From Octopus sinensis (Eukaryota), in NCBI RefSeq assembly GCF_006345805.1, contig NC_043012.1, positions 43,710,001-43,774,000 on the forward strand: DNA of 64,000 nucleotides, given 5' to 3'. The notes beneath the pieces were generated by a model. That model did no database searches, was not told the DNA's origin, and saw only the letters and a list, made by a program, of their open reading frames with translations. A program made the translations under genes and the position numbers. Positions 52,645 through 64,000 of the stretch are shown piece by piece (position 1 is the stretch's first letter; each line of letters starts with the position of its first letter).

Positions 52645-55600
52645 CTCGTAGTGGAAGGCTAGAATTTTGGAAATATTACGATATAGGAAAATTATCAGAT
52701 TTTGTGAGGCTTAGCGTTTGTAACGACTACTAGACTTTTAGTTGCATGTTGTTCAGGCCTAGAGAAGAATTTTTTTTTCTTGATATGTGCAATCACTAGG
52801 AGTATGTTTACTGTTGAGAGAGACTAGATTGTCATATGTCTATCGCTGGATGTTTTTGAGGTTTATGTTGAAACACATCGTATGTTGCCGCGATTATCTT
52901 TGAGATAGTTTGTCGTTGGGAAGGCGAGGTGACCATGGCACATAATTTCTCAGTAAATATTACCCCGATTATTGTAGCCATAGATAGGCCTCCCAAAATA
53001 TTATTCCCTGAATCACCTTTCATAAATAGAGAAGAGCATACGCTACTTTCAGTTTAACTGTCTGTCTCTCTATCAATTTATCTATTTGGTTATCTCTCTA
53101 TCTACATGCCGATCTTTATGCATATGTATGAGCATTTGAAACGAGTACATATAAAGCTTTGTTATTCTAATGTATGTATTGTCTCTTCTCAATTCCGTCC
53201 AGTGGAATAAGAGCTGTTTCTTTAGCCAAGCGACATTTTTGTTGCTTTCATGAGGCAATAAATTCAAATAAATATTGGAAGGGTTCCTGCCTTTTACTGT
53301 TGTATAAATAACAGATGTGCATTAAAGAATTCTGGGCAGACGATTTGGTTCGTTCTTTCAAATGTTTGCCATGTCATTGTCACTGCATCAATAATTTCTC
53401 CATTACTATACTACAAAATATGATGGTAGTTACGACTATAGAAACTACTAATGAGGATGGAATTTGTTTTACTTCAAGTGGCCATAGATATTTTGCCTTT
53501 TGTTGGTAGTTGATATAATATTCGTAGCATGTTGTTAAATTCACTACTCTAGAATTATTTCATTTTTTAAATTTTATTTTATTTTAGAATGTTCGGTCAG
53601 TTTTTAATTGCAGAATAATTTGTTTTCTGAATGCAGATGTATGTATGTTTTATATAGGTACTAATGTGTAATTGCAACAAATGACACTATGGACAGCAAT
53701 ATATAATTTTATTGTCAGAGCCAAATGGTAGCTTGTGAACATATTTTGACGGCTTCTGAATTGAAATTACCTAATCGAAATTAGCTTCAAATAATCGATA
53801 TCGCATTTTTGCTGCTTCGTGGAGATCTTCACATTCAAAAAGTTTCAAGAACTATGCTTTTTCGAAGACAAACCGCCCCAGGTTATAAATGTTGTCAAAT
53901 AAACTTAGATGGATATTTTTGCTTTTAATTTTTAAAATATTCTTGCTTGTGCTGGTGATATCTCTTCTTAAATTTATGTATTAAAATATCTTTTTCTTAC
54001 GATTCCTATAGTGAAAGCAAGAACTGGAGTGAAAGGGATGAATTTTCATGATGTAATTATGTTTTAATTATGCATTCCCAATTAGATGGAATCTTTCTTA
54101 TTTCCCTCGTTTTATCTTTTTATTTCAAATATATGGCATTTTAAATATGCATCAAAGCACGCGCTGTGATTTCCAAATAAAAGAATGTAAGCTTCGGATT
54201 TTATGCTGTGCAAACATTATCTGAAAATAAGATTGTTAGATATCACTTGCTCTTGCACAGTAATGGCATAGATGTAAGGCACTGTTAAATTGATTACTCA
54301 TCTAATAAAAGCAACTCTCTTTATCATTATGTTTCATTATCCAACCTACGTCAAAAGCAACAATCTACGCAGTATTTCGCCACACATACATCTTTGTTGA
54401 AAAGGTTTCTTCAACAGCTCAATATACGAACTATAAAATATTTGCCTTAACTGTGTATGAGTCATATATTTATTCCTAATTTTATTTCTAACCAGATTCT
54501 GTGGGATTGATCTTAACCACTTTGAATAGAATCTGTTAGTAAGGATGCTGATGTAAAAGTTGCGGGTGACAATATAATCTCTACTTTTCTGTTTAGTGAC
54601 GAGTCAAGTAATACATTTGTTGATGCTATTTTAGTTGCTTCAAAATTATGAACACAGCTTTGATTACAATGATTCCAAGTTCTACCTTGTTTCCGCTCAA
54701 ATACCTTTCAGGAATAGGTACTATGTCACCTATTACAATAGACTGGCATTCTATCAAATCAAAGTTTATTCTCTCCCTTCTCGTCTTGGGTTCCTATTGC
54801 CATTCTATTAACATTCTATATATGCCAAGGTATTTTTAGTGTTCATTTCTCACAAGTGGTAATTGTGCTTTTTCTTTAGTTCATTGCTTAATATAAAACA
54901 TATGACTCGTCCAAACAAAATATTGACATCACGTGAATATATCATAATTAGATCTAATTTTTCCAGCATTATGTCACTGTTCCTAATATTGATTTTCAGA
55001 CACCAGTAATATTGATTTTGTTTCCTGCTGAGGACTTAAGCATATTATATTCACTAAAAGAAATTAATAATGGTTTGCCATTAATTTATAAATTTTTGAT
55101 GAGTCACTCAACATATATTTAGGGCGAGGACATTTGGAATTTAGATGGTAGAGACCCTAGAATTGATATATTGGAGAAAATTTTCATAGAAATTACTTCA
55201 AGATTTTTTACCTTAGGCATTGTTTTGTTTTGTTTTTTTTATTTATCTGCGTTAAGAAGTATTTTTGTGATCTGTATGGTGTGCTGAAGATAAGTTCAGC
55301 ATTTAGAGTATTAAGCAATTGAGAGGTGCGCTATAACATGCTGAAATATCAAACTATCTTAAGTTTAGTGTATAAGGACATTCAATTCACCTCGGTTATA
55401 TAATGCTTCCTCGCTGTCTCCACATAGCATCTACTTCTATCAGAATGGATTACATTTGCAAACGTTTCTTTTAACATTTGTCTGTCTGAAAAACTACTGA
55501 TGATTGCATTGCTAATGATAACTTTCTAGATTGCATTTTTATAAGTTGTTATGGATCAGGTATTGATTAATGAGTCACTTATAGAAATCTAACACTTGTA

Positions 55601-55892
55601 GCGGTAGAGCTAGCAACAAAACCTCTACAGGACCCTCAAAATACTGGAAAGAACAGCCAAATTTCACTCACGTCACTCCTACTGTCTTAAAAATAGAAAG
55701 GGGTCAGTAGACTACGTAATCATAAATACACTGACAACTAGAATATTTAGACCGATGTCAACAGTTGTTGATCTTTCGATCGACCACTATTGACCTCGGA
55801 CTAAATAACAATAACAATCAATAACTACGTTTCTAACAGCTGTGTATAAAGAATTGCATACAAGGCATTTTTTATAATAATTTAACATGCTA

Positions 55893-58546
55893 TAAGGAAA
55901 GTGTCGTGCCTGTATTAAAACCTAATAGAATGGTACTATTTGCTGTGTTAAAGCAGGTAGAGGAAGAAATAGACAGACTGGAGAAAATAGAAGTTATGCA
56001 AAAAGTAGATTATTCTAAGTGGGCAACACCAAATGTGTGTATTAACAAAATAGCACACTCAGGGTGTGCGCCGATATTTCTACTGGTTTGAATGAGTGTC
56101 TAAAAATGTGCCATTCCAGAGGATATTTTTGCAATATTAAATGGTGGCAAAATGCTTTCGAAACTGGATCTGTCTGATGCGTATCTGCTAATTAAGGGAG
56201 ACAAATGTTCGAAGCTTCTAACAGTGAACACACACAGAGGACTATACAAATAAAATAGATTGCCATTTGATCTGAAGGTCGCACCCGCAATATTTCAATA
56301 GATTATGGATGCGATGTTGGCGGACTGTCAATTCTCAATTCTATACCTCGATGATATATTAATTAAAAGTGAATCCGTGATCAGTATATCGAACATGTGA
56401 AGTGTGCTTTTCAAAAAATAAGAGATTATGGTTTCACACTCAATGAGCAGAAATGTGAATTCTTTTTGCCTAAAATTAAATATTTAGGGCAAATTATAGA
56501 TAAAAATGGAAGACGATCTGACCCGTCGAGGGCACACACAATTAAAAAATGTCTCCCTCAACTAACATAGCGATATTACAAGCTTTTCTTGGCCTAGCGA
56601 ACTGTTATCAAAATTACATACCAAACATATTGAGAGCTCCACTTTATAATTTGCTAAATAAAGACGCCAAACAGAATTGGTCAAATAAGTGTTAACAGGT
56701 GTTTCAGGATATTAAAAAATATTAATTTCGGATTTGTCGCTGGCTCATTTCGATCCTGCAGCGGAGATTATTGAAAAAGCTCTAGTGATTATTTTTGCCT
56801 TGAGGAAATTTCACACATTTTTCTACGATACAAGTTTTCGGCTTCAGACAGACCACCGACCGTTACTATCAATTTTCAGATCGAAGAAAGGAATTCATTC
56901 TTGGTAAACAACTCAACGCTGGGGTACAACATTGTTAAATTACAACTTTAAGATGGAGTACATTCCTTCCAAGAAAATTGGCCATGCGGATTGTTTATCT
57001 AGACTAATTTCGAAGAATCTAGACTAATTTCGAAGAATGTGATAGCTGCATTACAATCAGAAAAGAAATTAAAAACGTTATGTGCAATGTCATTCAGGAG
57101 TCGCCAGTGACTGTTCAAGATATAAAAAGTAAATCAGCGGAGGACAAATATATCATAAAAATGAAGGAAACCTTGAAAGATAAACAAAAGTGAAACACGA
57201 ATGCGAACCATTTTTCACTCTGCGACGATGTATTAATGTATCCACAAAGAGCGGTAGTACCAACTATACTACAGGAACAGATATTTCATGAATTTCATAG
57301 TGGACCAGAATGAAAGCTTTGACGAGGAGTTACGTGTATTAGCTGACAATGGACTGGGACATTGAGAATTTGGTAAAATCATGTAGAGGTTGTGTGCCTG
57401 CAGCCAAGGTACTACTGGTGAAATACCAATCGTGGCCTGATAGCCCGTGGTCCAGGCTACGCAAGACCTGTGAAAGGTACGTCCAACTTAATCATTGTTG
57501 ATAGCTTCACCAAGTGGCCGGGAGTATGTAGGTGCAGTCAACCTACCTCGAAGGCAACAATAAAGTTCCTGCACGAGCCTTTTGCTAGATACGGTGTTCC
57601 GGATACCATAGTATCGGACAATGGAACACAATTTACAGGATGCGAGTTCAAGGAATTCTGCAAAATGCATGCAATCAAGCACATGTTTATCCTGCCCTAT
57701 TATCCGAGGTCAAACGGGGAAGCAAAACGATTCATAGACACTTTCAAGCGAGCGCAAAAAAAAAAGCAAGGAACAAGTTAGGAAATTACGAAACGCTTAA
57801 GGGTGTAAATAATACAATGACGAAGCTGTACAATATAACGCCCAACCCAAATACCAGTTCAGGCAAGTCGCCTGCAGAGCTAATGTTCACTCGAAAGATT
57901 AAATTGATCTTCAACAAATTGCTGCCAAAGGAAAACACGTATAGAGAAAATACAAAAAATTCAACAAGCATGTTGATGTCGAAGACAAAGTTCATTTCAA
58001 ATTATACAAGAACGGTAAAGAGAGTTACCAGGATGGTGTAGTGACTAAAAGAATTGGAAACGACACATAAAATCAATTAAAAATCAGACATACAGAAGAA
58101 AGGGAGGAAATTCTAATGGAAGTAATTACATGTTCAATGTGCCAGCACCGAAAGAGATTGAGCCTTGGAGGAGCAGTGACAGAAAACGTAAACAGACTGA
58201 AAATTTAAAAACATAATAATTCCTAAGCGGAAAAGGTACTCAACTCCTTGGGGAAGCAAAATTTCCAAAAGGGGGAGGTGTTGGACAGAAAGAAAAAAAT
58301 AATAATAAAATAGCTTTCGTTTCTTACCGAAGCCGAAATCTCAAAAGGGGAGATGTTGTAGCGAGAGTCACTTCACCCCCTACGAGAACAGATTTGACCG
58401 TACGAGTATAAATAGTAGCGCAGCGGTCTGAGTAATCGAGACAGTAGGCGTTTATCGCAGGAAGTCGTAAGGTTCGTTTTGGTAGTTTGTCGGAATATCG
58501 TTTTTGGTTCGTGTATAGTTCGTGGCGAGTTTGTTGGTTTGTTACA
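55893..58546 (+). mobile_element. Ty3/gypsy (Mag-like) LTR retrotransposon, 5'-truncated, decayed pol with PPT and 3' LTR
   Basis: RT VEEEIDRLEK..VDYSKWATP, SKLDLSDAY, NTHRGLY, YLDDILI; RNase H QTDHRPL; integrase LIIVDSFTKWP, FARYGVPDTIVSDNGTQF, YYPRSNGEAKRF; RT-RH-IN order. Confidence 0.92.
58354..58546 (+). repeat. Probable 3' LTR (~190 bp)
   Basis: TGTTGTA...TGTTACA directly after the polypurine tract AAAAGGGGAGA; TATAAATA inside. Confidence 0.65.
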
Positions 58547-58639
58547 TTGTTGTTACCCTGCATATATGTTTGTGTACGTGCATATACATATATATAAACA
58601 CACACATTACACTCATATTAGATATGTATGTATATGCGC

Positions 58640-58680
<41 letters not shown>

Positions 58681-58704
58681 TATGCACGTATATATATATC
58701 TATC

Positions 58705-58735
<31 letters not shown>

Positions 58736-58790
58736 GTATATACGTATCTATATGCACCTATACATACATATATGCATATATCTAAACCTA

Positions 58791-58830
<40 letters not shown>

Positions 58831-58834
<4 letters not shown>

Positions 58835-58988
58835 CTATCTTTAAAAGGGCCACGCCATCAAAGGAGAGTATGGTGCCAACTTCCTGAGGCAGTTACGAAA
58901 AGCTATCAAGACTAAATGCCCAGGAAACCTGGTAAAAGGGGTCTTGTTTCAGCAGGATAATGCTCCAACACCCAAGTCCTTATTTCAA
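58831..58988 (+). mobile_element. mariner internal fragment, duplicate of 60474-60630
   Basis: TTCACTATCTTTAAAAG...CAGCAGGATAATGCTCCAACACCCAAGTCCTTATTT is shared with scattered mismatches. Confidence 0.85.
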
Positions 58989-59052
58989 TATGTGAACGCG
59001 TCTGTATCGTTGACGATTTTCTTTCTCCGTCTTTCCTTCTTTGGACTTTTTC

Positions 59053-59091
59053 TATATTTCTGATGAAGAGCTCCGCTCGAAACGTGATATC
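59053..59091 (+). ncRNA. Minimal hammerhead, cleavage site probably mutated
   Basis: TATATTT-CTGATGA-A-GAGC tcc GCTC-GAAA-CGT-G-ATAT; position 17 is G and stem I is imperfect. Confidence 0.6.
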
Positions 59092-59211
59092 CTCTTTCTT
59101 TTCCTTCCTTTTCTGAGCGTCCAATAACACTATTTGTTTCACGTCCTCGCGTTGTGGTTTTTTCTTGCTTGTTCTTGTTTGGATTGACTATATATATATA
59201 CATATATACAT

Positions 59212-60213
59212 ACTAGCAGCATAGCCCGGCGTTGCCCGGGTATGTAAGAAACTTTGTCGATAAGCAATGCCCTTTACCTTTTACCCTTTTTTGTACTCAT
59301 TGAACCGTTATTTTGTAAAATGAAGCCTAAAAGGCATTAAGGCACTCAAGGCACTGTTCCCTTGCATGCATGACTACAGCCCAACATTGCTCAGATTTGA
59401 AGCAAAAGGAAAACATATGCCATTTCTAGTAACCTTTATGATAAAAGCAGAAAAAATCGACTAAATCGCCTGAAATCCGCCAACTATTTAACAAAAGTCA
59501 GTTTTGTAGGGTTCGCATGGTCGGTCTCAAAGTGATATGGTTTTGTCGATTTCTCCCAATACTTGTTAACCGCATTGACAAAAGGTCGTTAGTTTGACAT
59601 TTAATGCAAATTTGATGTCCAACATCGGTGTAGGGAAAATCTATGTGAACTTTCAAAAAATATCGCAGAAAAATCGGTTTGCTGTGTGCCACTTATGATG
59701 TAATCAACTGATTTTTCCAGTAATAACGTATCCTATTGGAATCAAAAGGGCCATATAGCTTCTTGGAGCAGACATGATGCACGCTGTGAATTTCAAAAAC
59801 ATTCCTGCCAATTTGTTAAAGATATTGTCGAAAATATGTCATCTTGAATTTGAACACGATTTCCCAAAATGGCATGATTTTATCAATTTTTTCTGATGGT
59901 AAGGTATTGCATGGAAAACTAACGTCAGAATTAAGTTCCTTAGGGTAACATTAAGCTTCACCATGAGTTTGGTGAAAATCGATTGCAAGTTGCGAAAACT
60001 ACAACAGAAAATGTATTGCTTATGATAAGCTTAGATTCTCGACCCCATGTCGAATTTATCAATTTTTTTCAGAACTGGGGGAACTTTTCAAAATTGTCGC
60101 TGCGTTAGTTTTGAATTATGACATTGGGCTATGTGTGTATCAAGTTTCATCAGAATCGGTTGAAAGCCGTGGTCAGGGTGAGGGTACAACCTGACAGACA
60201 CACAGACAAACTG

Positions 60214-60220
<7 letters not shown>
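59212..60220 (+). mobile_element. Non-autonomous Helentron/DINE-1-like element
   Basis: 5' ACTAG...CCCGGCGTTGCCCGGG hairpin; internal AAGTTTCATCAGAATCGG / GAGTTTGGTGAAAATCG motifs; 3' GACAGACACACAGACAAACTGCCTTATATAT. Confidence 0.7.
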
Positions 60221-60261
<41 letters not shown>

Positions 60262-60324
60262 TATATATATAGATATATATATATATATATATGCATACAT
60301 ATATACGTATATAAATCAACATAC

Positions 60325-60932
60325 ATCACTTCATCACTTTGAGTCAGAGACAAAGAGAGGATCTATGCAGTGGAAGCACTCCTCCTCACCTGCTCCAAAG
60401 AAGACCAAGGTCGTTTCATCTGCAGGGAGTGTGATGGCCTCAGTTGTTTGTGGTGCAAATGCCATTGAGTTTATTCACTATCTTTAAAAGAGTCACGCCA
60501 TCAAAGGAGAGTACGATGCCAACTTCTTGAGGCAGTTACGAAATACTATCAAGATTAAACGCCCAGGAAACCTGGTGAAAGGGGTCTTGTTTCAGCAGGA
60601 TAATGCTCCAACACCCAAGTCCTTATTTTCAAAGGTTGCTATGTGTGACTGTGACTTTGAACTGGTTGATAACCGTCTTTATTCTCCTAACGTGGCCCCA
60701 TCTGGCTATCATTATTCCCTAACATGAAAAAACACTTGGTTTGGAATTAGTATCTTCTGTTTATGACTTTTTCACTAACGAGTGCAAAGCTTCTTCCCTA
60801 ATATGATCCAAGCACTGCAACGCTGTTAGAAGAGGTGGGTGGACTGCAAGGGGGACTATGTTAAAAAATAAACCTCTTTGGTCTCTTTCTAGATATCTTC
60901 ATTAGCCTATGAACGTTTCAGCCAACACTAGG
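60325..60932 (+). mobile_element. mariner 3' half (irritans-like), decayed
   Basis: HHFESETKRGSMQWKHSSSPAPKKTKVVSSAGSVMASV; FQQDNAP; YSPNVAPSGYHY. Confidence 0.85.
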
Positions 60933-62244
60933 ATATACAAGTATGCGCAAATTAACTGAATATTTTGATCTTTCACCAAAAATCTAGTTTTTCAATAGAA
61001 TAACTAGAACACTCACTCTATCACTATTTAAGATGAAACTATGACCTTAATACCACATTATACTTATATATTGCAACAGTTCTTTACAACATTGGACACT
61101 TTATCATTTACACTAATAGCGTGTATGCTGTAGCACGATGATGTATCGATAGTACAGTTTTCGAACAATAATTATACAGCATATGATTAATTATTCTGCA
61201 GATGATTACAATTTCAGTGACAGTATTCGTAAAAGTCTTTCTGAGCGAATTCACAGGTTTGTTTGGTGGATGCATGAGGTGAAATCCCTTCCTCTGAGCC
61301 CTTCAGCAGTGCCAATTCTCAGAGAGCTTGTAGGAAGGAACGGCTTCAGTGCTTCACTGATATTTTATTTCTTCAACTCTAATGGATACGAATTAAAGTC
61401 GACCTCAGCAGGATCTAAACACAGAACACGCAGAACCAAAACAAAAATCGCATATCCCCAACGCCGCACACACACACACCTTTTTTTCTTAAATGAATTC
61501 ATATGACTTGTGTATTTTGTTATTCCATAGTTAACTTCTTTATTTTTCTTTTACTTTTTGATTCGGTATTCATATATGTTACAAGTGCTTTTCTAAGTAG
61601 TTTTCCAGACTTAGCAAGCCATAAACTCACACCAGTTACAAGTCGTATGAATGAGATGATCAGCATGGCCTAGTAATCACATAATTAACATTTATATTGG
61701 TTTATTTCATAGAACATTTTCTCTATATTTAAAAGTTCTCATAACTTTCGTTGATATTTTTGATGTTTTTCTGGATGTACGGGTTTGTTTATTTTAAAAT
61801 TATTCCAAGATAATTGGTCCACATCATTCGTGGATATCGTCTTTCAAGTAAATTTTTCCCCACTAAAACGTTCACGCGCGCGTATGCGTATGTGTGTATG
61901 AGTGTGTGTTGCAGGGGTGGTTGTTACATAAACTGTTAACTTGTTGAAAATATTTTCTGCGTCTTTAGCAAAGTCTATTGTTGATTACTGTACTAAGATA
62001 CATCATGGCCTAGATTACACCTTCACTGTTTAAAGTAGGTTAGGGTAGTTGTGTTTACAGACACTTTCACCTCTCACTCAATTTTCTTGTATGACTTAAT
62101 GCTATAAAATACGTGTTTAAATTTTCATTTAGTATAGTCCAGTCTTTATATTCATTGCATCACATGAATGAGAGGTCGTCTCTCACCACGTTTCTATATT
62201 CTTTTAGCTCAACCAGACAGAATGTCATCTTATTTAGGTTTATC

Positions 62245-62445
62245 TTTATCTTTTACTTGTTTCAGTTTTAATATTGCGATAATGCTGAATTACTTGAAGA
62301 ATTTTAGTCAAACGAATCGACTCCAGTACTTATTCTTTTTTCAATCTAGTACTTTTACCGGATCGCTAAGTTACGAGAACGTAAACACACCAACACCGGT
62401 TGTCAAGCGGTGGTAGGAGACAAAGACACAAAGATGCAGACACAC
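62245..62445 (-). mobile_element. SINE family A, 3' half (decayed)
   Basis: GCTAAGTTACGAGAACGTAAACACACCAACACCGGTTGTCAAGCGGTGG matches family A. Confidence 0.7.
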
Positions 62446-62539
62446 CACACACACACACACACACACACATACACATGTATATAGATAAATAAACATGTGT
62501 GTATGTATATATACATATATATGTGAGTATATATATATA

Positions 62540-62574
<35 letters not shown>

Positions 62575-62635
62575 TAGAGTGTGTGTGCGTGTGTGTGTGT
62601 ATATATACATATGTATATATGTATATTATATAATA

Positions 62636-63879
62636 TTAGTCGTCAAGTATGAAATTTGTAGAAAAGAAGAAATGTTTGCGAATGTTTAATAAATACGAAG
62701 AGTTTTATTCATCAAAGTATGCACCCATATTGTCAATACATTTTTGCCATTTCAGCGATAGCTTGTCCAGCACGGAACTGTAAAATCTTGGCAATCTAGA
62801 ATCAATAAAATCTTGGAAGGCCTGTTGTCGGAATTAAATTTTTTTCCTATCAAAAAGTTATCCAAATTCTGGAAGAAGTGGTAGTCAGTGGGGGCAAGAT
62901 AAAGTGGGTATGGTGGATGATGGAGACCTTCCAACTCCAACTCCTGCAGTTTTGCCAATGTAATTTTTGCGATGTGGTCTGGTGTTGTCTTGCAATAAAA
63001 TAAGAGTGGATCTGTTGACCAATCTAGGCTGTTTTTTCTTTTTCTTTTTGTAAATTTCTGCAAAGTTTGGTCCAGTTGGCTGCAGTATACTCCGGCCGTG
63101 ATTGTTGAGTCAGGTTTAAAGAAATCATAATGGATCACTCCTGCGCCAGACCACTAAACACACACTATCAGCTTCTTTTGATGAATTTTGCTTTTTGGAC
63201 TGTGATTTGGCGGCTCATCTTTATCCAATCATTGTGCTGAACATTTACGGTTGTTGTATTGGATCCATTTCTCATCACATGTTACAATTCGATTAAAAAA
63301 ATGATTCATTTTTGTGACGAGAAAGTAGCATAATGCAGGCTTCCGAATGTTGCAGTTTCTGATTTTCGTTGAGTTCATGTGGAATCCACTTATCCAACTT
63401 TTTCACTCTACCGATTTGAACTAAGTGAGTCAATTTTGTTTGCTTACCAACAACAACGATAATTAATGAGCACTTTGAGATGGATCTGACGAAACAGTTC
63501 GTTATTATTCACCTTTGCTCATTTGTAAGGTCAAAGTTACCAGAACGAGTTTGTAAATATATTCGATACTGTCTGCTGTGTAATAGCATTAGAATGAAAT
63601 ATTGCATTGATATTCCGAGCTGTCTGTGATGCTGTATTTCCAAGAAAGGACTCATATTTCAAAACTGTACAAAATTTCCGACTTATCCATCTCTAAACAA
63701 AAATAGCAAGACACGAGTTATAAATACTTTATAAAGCGCAAAATGAGTCAGAATAAGGAAATAGATGTATCAGCTTTCTAACAAAAAATAAAGATTGTCA
63801 AAATATAATAATGGCGCAAAATGAGCAGCTGTCAAAGTTTACCAGAACCTTACTAAAAATTTCATACTTGACGACCTAA
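62636..63879 (-). mobile_element. Full-span mariner with TIRs and decayed transposase
   Basis: TIR TTAG(G)TCGTCAAGTATGAAATTT at both ends with TA flanks; KWIPHEL, RIVTCDEKWIQYNN, HHPPYPLYLAPTDYHFF; several frameshifts. Confidence 0.92.
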
Positions 63880-63902
63880 TATATATATATAATATATGTG
63901 TG

Positions 63903-63946
<44 letters not shown>

Positions 63947-64000
63947 TGTGTATACACACACACACGACGGGTTTCTTCTACCAAATCCGTTCACAAGGTT

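Noticed and set aside
54300-55500. Possible ancient LINE or host coding sequence
   Set aside because: Looks vaguely coding on the minus strand, but I could not read any diagnostic motif
61183-61506. 107-aa ORF as a host gene
   Set aside because: Its 3' part runs through a decayed SINE and a CA repeat; no recognisable domain

Overview
AT-rich, microsatellite-saturated animal DNA that looks intergenic or intronic. The repeat repertoire and a strongly divergent GC-rich 28S fragment suggest an octopus/cephalopod genome (inference). I found no intact host protein-coding gene; most supplied ORFs are translated microsatellites. The window is a nested graveyard of mobile DNA: R4/Dong-like and HERO-like non-LTR elements, a Naiad-like Penelope element, a Ty3/gypsy pol with 3' LTR, several mariner and two pogo transposons, hAT/piggyBac/Helentron-type non-autonomous elements, and at least three tRNA-derived SINE families. 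The layer the ORF track misses is RNA structure. By eye I find about 11 well-formed and about 6 decayed minimal type-I hammerhead ribozymes (CUGANGA...GAAA, palindromic stem III), including a tandem pair at 52.5-52.6 kb. The most striking locus is 21.05-22.11 kb, where two divergently oriented copies of a tRNA-head + (AAT)n + hammerhead element enclose a ~400 bp piece of 28S rRNA containing the sarcin-ricin loop. A possible HDV-like ribozyme lies at 37.5 kb. All calls come from reading the sequence; no searches or folding programs were run, and boundaries of decayed elements are approximate.
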